Shown here piece by piece: positions 26,147 through 35,547 of a stretch of DNA of 64,000 bases (position 1 is its first letter; every line of letters starts with the position of its first letter). A program made the position numbers and the translations under genes. The notes under the pieces were generated by a model, which made no database searches, had not been told where the DNA came from, and saw only the letters and a list, made by a program, of their open reading frames with translations. Origin of the DNA: a virus; the IMG/VR virus record IMGVR_UViG_3300022932_000002, positions 1 to 64,000 of that record; one strand, written 5' to 3'.

Positions 26147-26310
26147 GATTAAGGAATAAGAACCATCTATCACTGTTGCCCCAACACATCAGATGAGTAC
26201 GTTAGATAGTAGGCCAGCTAATTCTAACTTCTCTAAGGCTAGAGAAACAATAAGCCAGACTATTGACATAGTTTTTATCCTCTAGATGAAATATTCTAGA
26301 GGATTTTTTT
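26147..26310 (+). ncRNA. candidate small RNA (about 165 nt) bounded by promoter box and strong terminator
   Basis: Lies between the 26133-26140 -7 box and the perfect terminator at 26277-26310. The only internal ORF is 30 codons and ends inside the terminator stem. Confidence 0.4.
26277..26310 (+). terminator. rho-independent terminator
   Basis: Perfect 10-bp stem ATCCTCTAGA / TCTAGAGGAT, 8-nt loop, then TTTTTTT. Confidence 0.85.
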
Positions 26311-26339
26311 GTTTATATGAATATTAATACTTACATTTG
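26309..26339 (+). promoter_or_regulatory. Bacteroidota-type promoter (TTG-N20-TACATTTG)
   Basis: TTG 26309-26311, 20-nt spacer, TAnnTTTG 26332-26339. Confidence 0.5.
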
Positions 26340-26345
26340 TTAGAA

Positions 26346-26706
26346 CAATTTCTGTGACAAGAAATAAAGATAAAGTCCTTAGAAATAAGGTATCATTGTA
26401 TTTAAAATGATAGAACTTGCATAGCCTAATAAAGATGGATGATGCTTGGATCAGGTAAATACTGTTATTAAGTTAACAGCTAAACAAAAACAATAGAAAG
26501 AATGAGTTAGATGGTTCAATTGTTCTGTTGCACAAGCAGCAGTTTTTACTGGGGATTCGATGATTACCAAAAACACATGGAGGAGAGGAGGTAATCAAGT
26601 TATATCCTTAAGTTATCTTTATCTTCTTTCAAACTACAAATAAATATTTGATCATATATTATTTGCAAATAGTGTCTTATAGTTTTTACTATAGGATTTT
26701 TATTTG
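26346..26706 (+). ncRNA. candidate non-coding RNA (about 360 nt)
   Basis: No ORF longer than 27 codons. Hairpins CCTTA-GAAA-TAAGG (about 26377-26390), ATCATT/AATGAT, CTGTTA/TAACAG (26462-26479). Long-range 9-bp complement AGAACAATT (26342-26350) / AATTGTTCT (26518-26526). Terminator-like 3' end. Confidence 0.35.
26676..26706 (+). terminator. terminator-like hairpin
   Basis: CTTATAGT-tttt-ACTATAGG (8 bp, one G-U), then ATTTTTATTTG. Confidence 0.45.
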
Positions 26707-26770
26707 TCTTATTTTTAAAATTAAATTATAATTTTATAGTTAGTTATTAAAATATTTATATCTTTGTGAA

Positions 26771-26977
26771 ATGGAAGATAAAATTAAGACAAATAAAAAG
26801 TATTCTAGAGAAGAAATAGAAGATGTAGCTAATAATTTATTAGATAAAGTTTATGCGGATAAAGAATTTCAAGAATTAGATAAGAAATCAAGAAGAGATT
26901 TTATATTATCTGGTACATGTGATATTTCATTAACTGAATTAGAAAATATTGCTAAAAAAGTATTAAAAGATGAATAA
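26771..26977 (+). CDS. hypothetical protein
   Basis: ORF track. Confidence 0.6.
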   Translation: MEDKIKTNKKYSREEIEDVANNLLDKVYADKEFQELDKKSRRDFILSGTCDISLTELENIAKKVLKDE

Positions 26978-27347
26978 GACTTATACAATAAAGAAAGATA
27001 TAAGAACCTTCTACAGAGCTTATATAGAGCTGATGAGACCATTCTTAAAGGGAATGAGAAAAAGAGAAGCTGATGTATTTAGTGAATTATTATATCAAAA
27101 CTATGTAAAACAAGATATTAAGAATTCAGAGGATAGGTTTAAAGTAATATTCAATTCCGATAATAGGAAAATGATGGAAACTAATCTTAATGTTAGTACA
27201 GATGTATTTGCAGTTACTTTAAGTTCATTAAAGAAAAAAGGATTAGTAGAATATAATAATACTATTAAGGAGTTATTTCTTATTGTACCTATAGATAATC
27301 AATTCTCTGTAAGTTTTAATTTTGAAATTCAAGTTGATAATGGATGA
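26970..27347 (+). CDS. hypothetical protein
   Basis: ORF track; 8-nt overlap upstream. Confidence 0.65.
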   Translation: MNKTYTIKKDIRTFYRAYIELMRPFLKGMRKREADVFSELLYQNYVKQDIKNSEDRFKVIFNSDNRKMMETNLNVSTDVFAVTLSSLKKKGLVEYNNTIKELFLIVPIDNQFSVSFNFEIQVDNG

Positions 27348-27504
27348 TGAAGACTACGAAGAAGATTATGATGTTTCAGATGAAATAGATCTAGATCTAG
27401 ACATGACTAATGAAGAAGCTAAGAGGATTGCATTAAAAGATATTAAAAATGATAGAAGATACAGTAATAGTAGAAACAATACAACTCCTGGAAAAGCATC
27501 TTAA
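27340..27504 (+). CDS. hypothetical highly acidic small protein
   Basis: Trimmed to ATG at 27340 (MDDEDYEEDYDVSDE...); ATGGATGA overlap with the upstream stop. Confidence 0.5.
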   Translation: MDDEDYEEDYDVSDEIDLDLDMTNEEAKRIALKDIKNDRRYSNSRNNTTPGKAS

Positions 27505-27619
27505 AGCTGTATCTTTATTAGAAGTCTTCTGTGAAAAAACAAATAGCCAATATGATATTAGTATAGTTATGGGAGAATCATATAGTACAATGACAATACA
27601 ATGCAGAAAGAAACAATAA
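27449..27619 (+). CDS. possible small protein (56 aa)
   Basis: Hand-found ORF MIEDTVIVETIQLLEKHLKAV... It bridges the gap to 27601 but overlaps 27340..27504 in another frame. Confidence 0.3.
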   Translation: MIEDTVIVETIQLLEKHLKAVSLLEVFCEKTNSQYDISIVMGESYSTMTIQCRKKQ

Positions 27620-27852
27620 ACTTAATAAAGATAACGGCACATAAATATGGATTAGAAGAAGATATAGTTAAAGCTATATTTAATTCTCAATTTGAATGTG
27701 CTAGAACTAATATTGTTTCTTATTCTCCTGAGAAACCAGAAGAATATAAAAATGTAAGATTTAGAAAACTTGGATTATTAGCTACTAGTCCAGAAAAAGT
27801 CAAAACAATTAGAGAATATATAAGTAAACATAAAAATAAGAAGGATGAGTGA
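27601..27852 (+). CDS. hypothetical protein
   Basis: ORF track; overlaps the GroES-like start by 8 nt. Confidence 0.6.
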   Translation: MQKETINLIKITAHKYGLEEDIVKAIFNSQFECARTNIVSYSPEKPEEYKNVRFRKLGLLATSPEKVKTIREYISKHKNKKDE

Positions 27853-28168
27853 AGTAACAATTACAGAGAGTATTCCTAAAGCACTAGGAAGTTATATTCT
27901 GATAGAGAATCCATTTAAAAATCTATCAGCTGAATTCCTAGAAGAACTTGAGAAGCTACCACCAAATATTAGACAAGAACATGCGAACACTAAAAGAGAA
28001 GAGATGTGGGGTAATGTTAAAGTCATTAGCGCTGGACCAAGTGCCGTAGGTATTAAGGAAGGAGACTATGTTATTATTAACGGTATAGAAGTAGGCATTA
28101 ATCCTATAACTGCAGTAGGCGATAAGTATTTAGTAATTAGATCATCTTCTTGTATTGCAGTATGGTAA
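27845..28168 (+). CDS. groES: GroES/gp31-like co-chaperonin
   Basis: Aligns by eye to GroES: LGSYILIE (DRVIV strand), an extended mobile-loop region of about 35 aa, WGNVKVISAGPS (RGEVLAVGNG), IKEGDYVIIN (VKVGDIVIFN), KYLVIRSSSCIAVW (EVLIMSESDILAIV). Confidence 0.7.
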   Translation: MSEVTITESIPKALGSYILIENPFKNLSAEFLEELEKLPPNIRQEHANTKREEMWGNVKVISAGPSAVGIKEGDYVIINGIEVGINPITAVGDKYLVIRSSSCIAVW

Positions 28169-29664
28169 GAGGAACTTGTAAAATATTTGAGGGACAGGAA
28201 GTAATCAATGCTCTAAAAGAAGGTAGTCGTAAAACTGCATCAGCAGTAGGCACAACTTTTGGGCCTTATGGAAAGAATGTAGGTATCACATATACCTATA
28301 ATCTTCCCCATATTACTAAAGACGGTGTTACTGTAGCTAATAATATTAACCTGGAGTGCCCTATGGAAAATGTCTCAGCACAAATTATGAGACATGCTGC
28401 TAGAAAGACTGCTGACGTAGCTGGCGATGGAACTACTTCTACTATTATTCTTACTAATCAGTTAGTACAAAGATATTTTGATTTAATCGTACAAGGACAT
28501 AATCCTTTTTGGTTAAAGAGACATGTAGAAGAAGAATCAGAAAGAATTATTGCTGAAATCATTGCTTCTTCTAAAGTTGTAGAAAATAGTGAGGATATTT
28601 TAAATATTGCTTTAGTAGCTTCTAATGGAGATAAAGAATTATCTGAACTAGTTACAAATGCTTTTGATAAAATTGGTAAAGATGGTATTGTTACTCTTAT
28701 AGAAAGTAGAAGTTACAATACTACAATTGATGTAGTAGATGGTATTAAATTGGACAGAGGACATATAGATCCTGCACTTAATGTTACTAATGATAAAGTA
28801 ATTCATTTGCAACCAAGAATCTTAGTAACTGACTTTGATTTAACTACAGTTGAAGATGCATTACATTTAATTAATATGCAAGAAGCTTCTGAGAAGCCAC
28901 TTATAGTGATTTGTAATGATATTCACAGAGGTGCACTAGAAGCTTTAGTTTATAATAAGACAAAAAGAGGTTCTCTTATTGAAGTTATTAGAGCTCCATT
29001 TATCTCTGAAGCTAGAAGAGAAGCTATTCAGGATTTAGCTATTGCTACTGGAGCCACTGCTATTATTAAAGATGGAGGATGGAGTTTAAAAACTATTTCT
29101 CTTAGTAATCTAGGATCTGCTGAGTCAGTAGAAATTACTAGTAAAGAAACTAATATTATTGGTAGACTAGGTAAACCTGAAGCTATTGCTAAGAGAGTAG
29201 AATATTATAATACTAAGATTGAAGAAGATATAGATGGATTAGCAGATAACTATAGAAAGAGATTAGCTTTACTTACAGCAGGTGCAGCAGTTATCTACAT
29301 AGGAGGAACTAATGAAATAGAGATAGCTGAAAAAAGAGATAGACTGGACGATACTATTAAAGCTGTCAAAGCTGCATTAGAACAAGGAGTTGTTACTGGA
29401 GGAGCTTGTTCTTATGTGACTAAATCAATAAGAGCCACAACTCATAAAGCTGAAATTGAGAAAATTCTACATAGTAGTTTGCGAGAATTGTCTACAAGGT
29501 TAAGAGATGAGGTTTCATTATCTTTTGAAGATTGGGAGAAGAGTATGTTAGATAGTAAAATAATTGATCCTACTCTAGTAGTAATTAGTACTATTAGGAA
29601 TGCAGTAGGAGCAGCAGCAATGATATATACTACTGACTGTTTAGTAGTAAAAAATGAAGAATAA
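28162..29664 (+). CDS. groEL: GroEL-like chaperonin (group I, Cpn60 family)
   Basis: TFGPYGKNV, ITKDGVTVA, AGDGTTSTIIL (ATP-site DGTT motif), colinear over about 500 aa. Start taken at ATG 28162, overlapping the GroES-like stop (ATGGTAA). No C-terminal GGM repeats. Confidence 0.9.
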   Translation: MVRGTCKIFEGQEVINALKEGSRKTASAVGTTFGPYGKNVGITYTYNLPHITKDGVTVANNINLECPMENVSAQIMRHAARKTADVAGDGTTSTIILTNQLVQRYFDLIVQGHNPFWLKRHVEEESERIIAEIIASSKVVENSEDILNIALVASNGDKELSELVTNAFDKIGKDGIVTLIESRSYNTTIDVVDGIKLDRGHIDPALNVTNDKVIHLQPRILVTDFDLTTVEDALHLINMQEASEKPLIVICNDIHRGALEALVYNKTKRGSLIEVIRAPFISEARREAIQDLAIATGATAIIKDGGWSLKTISLSNLGSAESVEITSKETNIIGRLGKPEAIAKRVEYYNTKIEEDIDGLADNYRKRLALLTAGAAVIYIGGTNEIEIAEKRDRLDDTIKAVKAALEQGVVTGGACSYVTKSIRATTHKAEIEKILHSSLRELSTRLRDEVSLSFEDWEKSMLDSKIIDPTLVVISTIRNAVGAAAMIYTTDCLVVKNEE

Positions 29665-29831
29665 TGAGTATTTTTAAATTATATAGAAAATATAAAGGTG
29701 GAATCTGGTACAAGCAAACTTTAACTGGCGAGCTACCCTGTTGTTGGGGAAGTTGGTGGACTAGAAAACCTCATCCTCCACATAGATATTATTTCACTGA
29801 AAAAATAGAATACTATGGAATCAATAACTAA
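29664..29831 (+). CDS. possible small Trp/Tyr-rich protein (55 aa)
   Basis: Hand-found ORF MSIFKLYRKYKGGIWYKQ...; TAATG overlap with the GroEL-like stop, and its end overlaps the next start. Confidence 0.4.
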   Translation: MSIFKLYRKYKGGIWYKQTLTGELPCCWGSWWTRKPHPPHRYYFTEKIEYYGINN

Positions 29832-30399
29832 ATACTGGAATCCAGATCTTAGCTATTGGGAACTTCATCCGTCTATGAAGTACATTTCTTTATTTGCTAC
29901 ATTGTATAATGATGATAAATCCAAGAGTAAAGAAGCTTCTAGTAAGACTATGTGGATCATAGCTTTTCTTAAAGATCCTCATGAAGAGAACCCTTGGAGG
30001 AATCTAATGGAAGATGAAAAGAAGAAACTTTTATCAATTGATTTTATAAAAGATAAAAAATTCAACTGGGATGATAAAAATTTATTACTTTTGATAGATG
30101 AATATGTTAACCTATGTTTAACTATTCTAGAGAAAGAGTTAATAATGTATGAAAAGAAGATTGTACAAAGATCTAAATTTATAGATGAAACTGATTACTG
30201 CCTTGATTATTATGAGGAAACCGCTAAAGGAGTCAAGACTATAAAAGGTACAGCTACACAACTAGATACAATGTTAGCCAATACAAGTAAATTATTTGAA
30301 GCTGTTTATGGCTTGAAGAATAAGCTTAAAGAGGAAGCTGCTGAACAGAAAGTTAAAGGTGGAGGTAGTGAATCTGCTAGTGAAAGAGGATTAATTTAA
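29815..30399 (+). CDS. hypothetical protein (position compatible with small terminase subunit)
   Basis: 194 aa, located upstream of the large terminase. No motif recognised; the functional guess rests on position only. Confidence 0.6.
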   Translation: MESITKYWNPDLSYWELHPSMKYISLFATLYNDDKSKSKEASSKTMWIIAFLKDPHEENPWRNLMEDEKKKLLSIDFIKDKKFNWDDKNLLLLIDEYVNLCLTILEKELIMYEKKIVQRSKFIDETDYCLDYYEETAKGVKTIKGTATQLDTMLANTSKLFEAVYGLKNKLKEEAAEQKVKGGGSESASERGLI

Positions 30400-30425
30400 A
30401 AAATAACCTAACTAACTTTTATAAT

Positions 30426-30701
30426 ATGAATTTTTCAAGGATTAAAATAAGTGCTTATATTACAACTCCGGATGCACTGAGATTAAATGAATTGTATCCG
30501 GAGAGAGAATCAGAAGAAGATGACTTCCATATAAAAAATGTTTACATTATTCCTTGTAATATAAATTTCTATTATGAGGATCACTTTTTAAATAAACCTT
30601 GTTTAATCCTTGTAACAAATGCAGGGGAAGTAGTGTCTAATATGACACTTAAACAATTTGAAAATATACTGACAAATCAATATGGAATTTCTAAGAATTA
30701 A
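30426..30701 (+). CDS. hypothetical protein
   Basis: ORF track; overlaps the terminase start by 20 nt. Confidence 0.55.
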   Translation: MNFSRIKISAYITTPDALRLNELYPERESEEDDFHIKNVYIIPCNINFYYEDHFLNKPCLILVTNAGEVVSNMTLKQFENILTNQYGISKN

Positions 30702-32988
30702 TAATAGAAAGAATTTCTTAATTACTTCTGTTCCAACATTGCATCCTCAGTCATTAGATTATATTCAATACTGGAAGTCCCAAAAGAAAAGATGTATTGA
30801 AGGATTTTGGTCACAAGATAATAAGGATATAGAAGTAAATGTAGATGAAGAGTTACCAGATGAGTTATTGAACTTGTCTGGTAATTGGCGTTTTATGCCA
30901 GGCAACTGTTACTTCTATGTAAACTTCTGTACTATCTTGCATAAACCAGAAGATGCTCCTAAGTCTGCACCTAAGAAAAAGATTAGACCTTTACTTAGAG
31001 ATATAGAATGGGAATTCTTTTACAACTGGTTAGAAGCTAGAGGATTTAGTGGTTATAGTGATGATGAGAAGTATACTTGCCACAGAGATCTAATAGATGC
31101 TGGTGATAAAACTGGATTTAAATTTGATTCTAGTTGCTACAATAGCAAAGGAGATTTAAAGGAATATATTAATGCTAGAGATTATCTTAGATTACTTCAA
31201 GATAAACCTTTAGGCATTCCATTGTATCAGAATAGAGCTTCTGATTTATTTCTATTAGGTTCAAGGGGTTTAGGTAAATCTTTCTTAGTGGGTGCAGGGG
31301 TAGTACTCCATGAGCTTGTATTTGACGGAGCTAAAATATACAATGATGATTCTATTAAGAATCCTTATAAAGTTGAAATCTTTGTAGGTGCAGCATTGTC
31401 TTCTAAATCAGCTGATATCTTAAAGAAGACTAAAGAAGCTATGGATAGTTTACCAGGAGCATATGGTGATAATACTCATGCGTATGTACCTTCTCCTCTT
31501 TCTAAACAAATGAAAGGTACATTGGGACCTAACAATATGAAAAATCCTTGGGTACATGAGTATTCAAAGAAATTAGGAGGATCATGGAAAACATTAGGAA
31601 GCGGAAGTAATATTAAACATGGTATCTATACTATAGAGAATCCAGAAGCGGCAGCTGGTGGAAGATACTCAGTAATGGTAGTTGAAGAGTGGGGTCTTTT
31701 ACCTAACTCTCTTACAGTACAAGGTTCTAATGATGCAACTATGCAAGATGCACCTTGGAAGTTTGGGTCTTGTGTGTGGATTGGTACAGGTGGTAACGTT
31801 GAAAAGATTCAAGAAGGTGAGATTATGTTTAGAGATCCTGAAGGATTTGACGCATTAGCTTTCGATGATATATGGGAAGGCACTGGTAAAATAGGATGGT
31901 TCATTCCTTCCTATTACGCTATGAATGACTATAAGGATGAAAATGGGAATACTTATGTGGAGGAAGCTAAAGCAGTACGAGAAAAGATTCGTGAACAGAA
32001 AAAGAAAGCTAAAGATTCATCAGCATTGGCTTTGGAAATGATGAACTATCCTATAGTTCCAAGTGAAATGTTTTTGAATGCAAAAGGTTCTTTCTTTCCT
32101 CAAGCTGAACTTAAAGCTCATATGGCTGAAGTAATAGCTAAACCTCATCAATATCAAAACACACATTGGTTCGTAGAATTAGTTTGGGATACTAATGGAC
32201 AACTTAAATTAGAGCATTCTTCACCGCAGAAGTTGGTAAGAGAATGGCCTATTAAAGATAATAAAGATAAACCTGGCACAGTAGAGATATTTGAAATGCC
32301 TAAGAAGAATTCATCAGATGAGGTATATCCAGCTAGATATTTACAAGGAACTGACACATATGATGATGATGAGTCGTCTACTAACTCATTAGGATGTACA
32401 TGGATACTAGATTCATGGACAGATAGAATAGTAGCTGAGTATACAGGAAGAAGGGAGACAACAGAATTTTATGAAATTACTCGTAAATTAAATCTATTTT
32501 ATCGAGCTGAACACAATTATGAACAGAATAAGAAAGGACTTTATAGTCATTATAACAATAAAAATTCTACACACTTATTATGTGATACTCCCGAATCTCT
32601 TAAGGATGTCGCCAATATTACAATAAGTAAAATTGGTAATAAGAGAAAAGGAACTTTTGCTAATGCTCATGTTAATGCTCACGGGTTAAGATTAATTAAT
32701 AGCTGGTTGCTAACACCAGCTTATGGAGAAGATGAAAATTCTGAAATTTTAAATTTACATAAGATTAGAAGTATAGGTCTATTACAAGAATTAACTAATT
32801 ACAATTCTACAGGTAACTTTGATAGAGTTTCTGCATTAATTATGTTAATGATATTAAGAGATGAGAAGGTAAAATATGTTGATAGGAAGAAACAACAAGC
32901 ATCAAAAACACTAGCGGAAGATCCTTTCTTTTCTAGAAACTTTAAACCAGCCAAGCAAAGTAAATTTGCAGGTATACATTTAAATTAA
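30682..32988 (+). CDS. terL: terminase large subunit
   Basis: Walker A-like LLGSRGLGKSF, Walker B-like YSVMVVEEWG, later acidic nuclease-type cluster GTDTYDDDES. 768 aa, immediately upstream of the portal-sized gene. Confidence 0.8.
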   Translation: MEFLRINNRKNFLITSVPTLHPQSLDYIQYWKSQKKRCIEGFWSQDNKDIEVNVDEELPDELLNLSGNWRFMPGNCYFYVNFCTILHKPEDAPKSAPKKKIRPLLRDIEWEFFYNWLEARGFSGYSDDEKYTCHRDLIDAGDKTGFKFDSSCYNSKGDLKEYINARDYLRLLQDKPLGIPLYQNRASDLFLLGSRGLGKSFLVGAGVVLHELVFDGAKIYNDDSIKNPYKVEIFVGAALSSKSADILKKTKEAMDSLPGAYGDNTHAYVPSPLSKQMKGTLGPNNMKNPWVHEYSKKLGGSWKTLGSGSNIKHGIYTIENPEAAAGGRYSVMVVEEWGLLPNSLTVQGSNDATMQDAPWKFGSCVWIGTGGNVEKIQEGEIMFRDPEGFDALAFDDIWEGTGKIGWFIPSYYAMNDYKDENGNTYVEEAKAVREKIREQKKKAKDSSALALEMMNYPIVPSEMFLNAKGSFFPQAELKAHMAEVIAKPHQYQNTHWFVELVWDTNGQLKLEHSSPQKLVREWPIKDNKDKPGTVEIFEMPKKNSSDEVYPARYLQGTDTYDDDESSTNSLGCTWILDSWTDRIVAEYTGRRETTEFYEITRKLNLFYRAEHNYEQNKKGLYSHYNNKNSTHLLCDTPESLKDVANITISKIGNKRKGTFANAHVNAHGLRLINSWLLTPAYGEDENSEILNLHKIRSIGLLQELTNYNSTGNFDRVSALIMLMILRDEKVKYVDRKKQQASKTLAEDPFFSRNFKPAKQSKFAGIHLN

Positions 32989-32995
32989 TAAAATA

Positions 32996-35407
32996 ATGTC
33001 ATATAACTTAACTAGCAATTTTCCCAGTCAGAAAAGACCAATGTCTCAAAAGAATGAGCAATGGAGAAAAGATTGTATTAATGGAGCAGAATTCAATTCC
33101 TTATGGAGAGATTCAGGCATCAGACAATCTTATAGAAATAAAAAAATAAATTATGATTTATATTCAGATATACTTGATGTAAGTGATATAGAAAAGATTT
33201 GTAATCCTCTAGGAGTCATGGGGCTAAATGCTCCTGCTAAGATGCAGAACTATCCTGTGTGTAATCCTAAAATTGATCTGTTAGTAGGTGAATCTATTAA
33301 TAGGAAATTTGACTTTAAGGTAAGAGTAATCAATGACGACGCTATTAGTGAGAAGGAAGAAGAATTAAAAGAGAAGTTATTAGATTTAATTACAGCTCAT
33401 TTACAAAATCCTAATATCACAGATGAAGAAATGGCTGAAGATATGAAGAAGTTTGAGAATTATAAAAACTTTGAATATCAAGATACTAAAGAGAGAATAG
33501 CTACTCAAATTCTGAGTTATTTGTATAAAAGTCAAAAGCTGGATTATTTATTTTCTAAGGGTTTTAAAGATGCTTTGATTGCATCAGAAGAAATTTATCA
33601 ATGTGATATCATAGCAAGTGAGCCTGTTGTTAAAAGACTTAATCCTCTTAATGTATATACTGTACGTAGCGGAGAATCTCCATTTATTGAAGACTCTGAT
33701 ATTATTGCTATAGTTGGTTATATGTCAATAGGTCAAATTATTGATGATTACCATGAATATTTAAAACCTAATGAGATTGATTATATTGAAAGAGGGATGG
33801 TTGGTAATACTGGCGGAACTTCAGGAAATGGAAAATTAGGTATTGATATAGGAAGAAAACCTGATTTACCATTAATGGTAGATGGAGCTATTGATGTGTC
33901 ATTTTTATCAAATGATTTATCTTATGGATCTTTATTTGATGGATCTGGTAATATCAGAGTAATTAAAGTACTTTGGAAATCACTTAGAAAAGTAAAGAAA
34001 GTAAAGTATTTTGATGAAGATAATAATGTTCAATATGAAATATTTGATGAGAATTATAAAATAGATAAATCTAAAGGTGAGGAAGAACAAATACTTTGGA
34101 TCTCCGAATGGTGGGAAGGTCATAAGATTGGAGGTAGTGCAGCTGGAGGTGATGAGGAAGCTGTGTATGTTAAGATGCAACCCAGACCTGTACAATTTAG
34201 AAGTATGGAGAATCCTTCTAAGTGTCATCCAGGTATTGTAGGAACTATATATAATACCAATGATAATGTAGGAGTATCCTTAATGGATAGAATGAAGCCT
34301 TATCAATATCTGTATAATGTATTAGCTTATAATAGTGAATTGTCTATTGCTAAGAACTTTGGTAAAATTATGCGTATCGACTTGGCATCTATTCCGGAGA
34401 ATTGGCAGATAGACCAATGGTTATCATTTGCGCAAGGTATGAATGCAGCTTTCTATGATTCTTTTAAAGAAGGTAATAAAGGTGCTTCACAAGGTAAGCT
34501 TGCAGGAGGTATGTCAGCGCAATCACCAGTAATTGATATGGAGATGGGTAATACTATTCAGCTCTATATGAATATGATGGCATTCATCAAGCAAGAGTTA
34601 GGTGAAATCTCAGGAGTATCTCAAGCTAGACAAGGTCAGATTTCTAACAGAGCTGCTGTAGGTAATACAGAAAGAGAAGTGAATCAATCATCTCATATTA
34701 CTGAGTACTGGTTCTTAGAACATGACCAAGTAAAACTACGAGTTTTAGAATGTCTACTGGAAACAGCTAAAGCAGCTTGGAGGAACACAAGAAATAAGAA
34801 GGTTCAATATGTACTAGATGATGGTGCTACATTGATGTTTGAAATAGATGGTGTACAGTTTAATGAATCTGAATATGGATTACAAATAACTGATGGAGCT
34901 AATTCTATGAGACTTTTAGAATCTATGAAGGATCTCGCGCAAGCAGGTATTCAAAATGGAATTATGAATTTCTCTCAACTCTTAGATATCTATAGCACTG
35001 AATCAATTTCATCTATTAGAAGGAAAATTGTTAAAGCAGAAAATGATAAGCTTCAAAGAGATGCAGAGCAAGGTGAAAGAGAAGAAAGAATGCAGATAGC
35101 TAATCTTGAGGCTAATGAAAGACTAGCCGAATCTGAAAAAGAATTCAAGCGTGAGGAGTGGGATAGAGAGGATGCCAGAACAGCTGCTACTCTTGCCAAT
35201 AACCTTGAGAAAGCAATGATTGCTAAAAAAGAAAATATGATTGATACTGATGCAGATGATAATGGTATTCCCGATTTCATTTCATTAGAGAAGCTTAAGA
35301 TGGATGCTATGAAAATTGATAAGGAATTCAAGCTTAAGAATAAACAATTAGAAGAAGCTCAACGCCATAATAAAGCAATGGAGAAAAAGTCAACTTCTAA
35401 ATCATAA
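32996..35407 (+). CDS. portal protein (candidate)
   Basis: 803 aa directly after terL and before an acidic scaffold-like gene; charged coiled-coil C-terminal tail. Call is positional. Confidence 0.6.
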   Translation: MSYNLTSNFPSQKRPMSQKNEQWRKDCINGAEFNSLWRDSGIRQSYRNKKINYDLYSDILDVSDIEKICNPLGVMGLNAPAKMQNYPVCNPKIDLLVGESINRKFDFKVRVINDDAISEKEEELKEKLLDLITAHLQNPNITDEEMAEDMKKFENYKNFEYQDTKERIATQILSYLYKSQKLDYLFSKGFKDALIASEEIYQCDIIASEPVVKRLNPLNVYTVRSGESPFIEDSDIIAIVGYMSIGQIIDDYHEYLKPNEIDYIERGMVGNTGGTSGNGKLGIDIGRKPDLPLMVDGAIDVSFLSNDLSYGSLFDGSGNIRVIKVLWKSLRKVKKVKYFDEDNNVQYEIFDENYKIDKSKGEEEQILWISEWWEGHKIGGSAAGGDEEAVYVKMQPRPVQFRSMENPSKCHPGIVGTIYNTNDNVGVSLMDRMKPYQYLYNVLAYNSELSIAKNFGKIMRIDLASIPENWQIDQWLSFAQGMNAAFYDSFKEGNKGASQGKLAGGMSAQSPVIDMEMGNTIQLYMNMMAFIKQELGEISGVSQARQGQISNRAAVGNTEREVNQSSHITEYWFLEHDQVKLRVLECLLETAKAAWRNTRNKKVQYVLDDGATLMFEIDGVQFNESEYGLQITDGANSMRLLESMKDLAQAGIQNGIMNFSQLLDIYSTESISSIRRKIVKAENDKLQRDAEQGEREERMQIANLEANERLAESEKEFKREEWDREDARTAATLANNLEKAMIAKKENMIDTDADDNGIPDFISLEKLKMDAMKIDKEFKLKNKQLEEAQRHNKAMEKKSTSKS

Positions 35408-35503
35408 AATTTGTTAAAATATTGTTAAATATTTGTACTCTACTTGATCTTTTAGTAATAAGATATACTAGATATTCAAGGGATGCAAATATTTAACATG
35501 TTT

Positions 35504-35530
35504 TTTGTTAAATAAATGTGTATATATTTG
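35504..35530 (+). promoter_or_regulatory. late promoter candidate
   Basis: TATATTTG at 35523-35530 with TTTG at 35504-35507 (short 15-nt spacer). Followed by AAGGAG 6 nt before ATG 35548. Confidence 0.4.
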
Positions 35531-35547
35531 TAAAATAAAGGAGAAAA

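Noticed and set aside
26759-26766. TATCTTTG box immediately upstream of ATG 26771, considered as a promoter.
   Set aside because: It lies only 4 nt from the start codon, so the expected transcription start would fall at or beyond the ATG. It may be fortuitous or would imply a leaderless mRNA, so it was not annotated as a feature.
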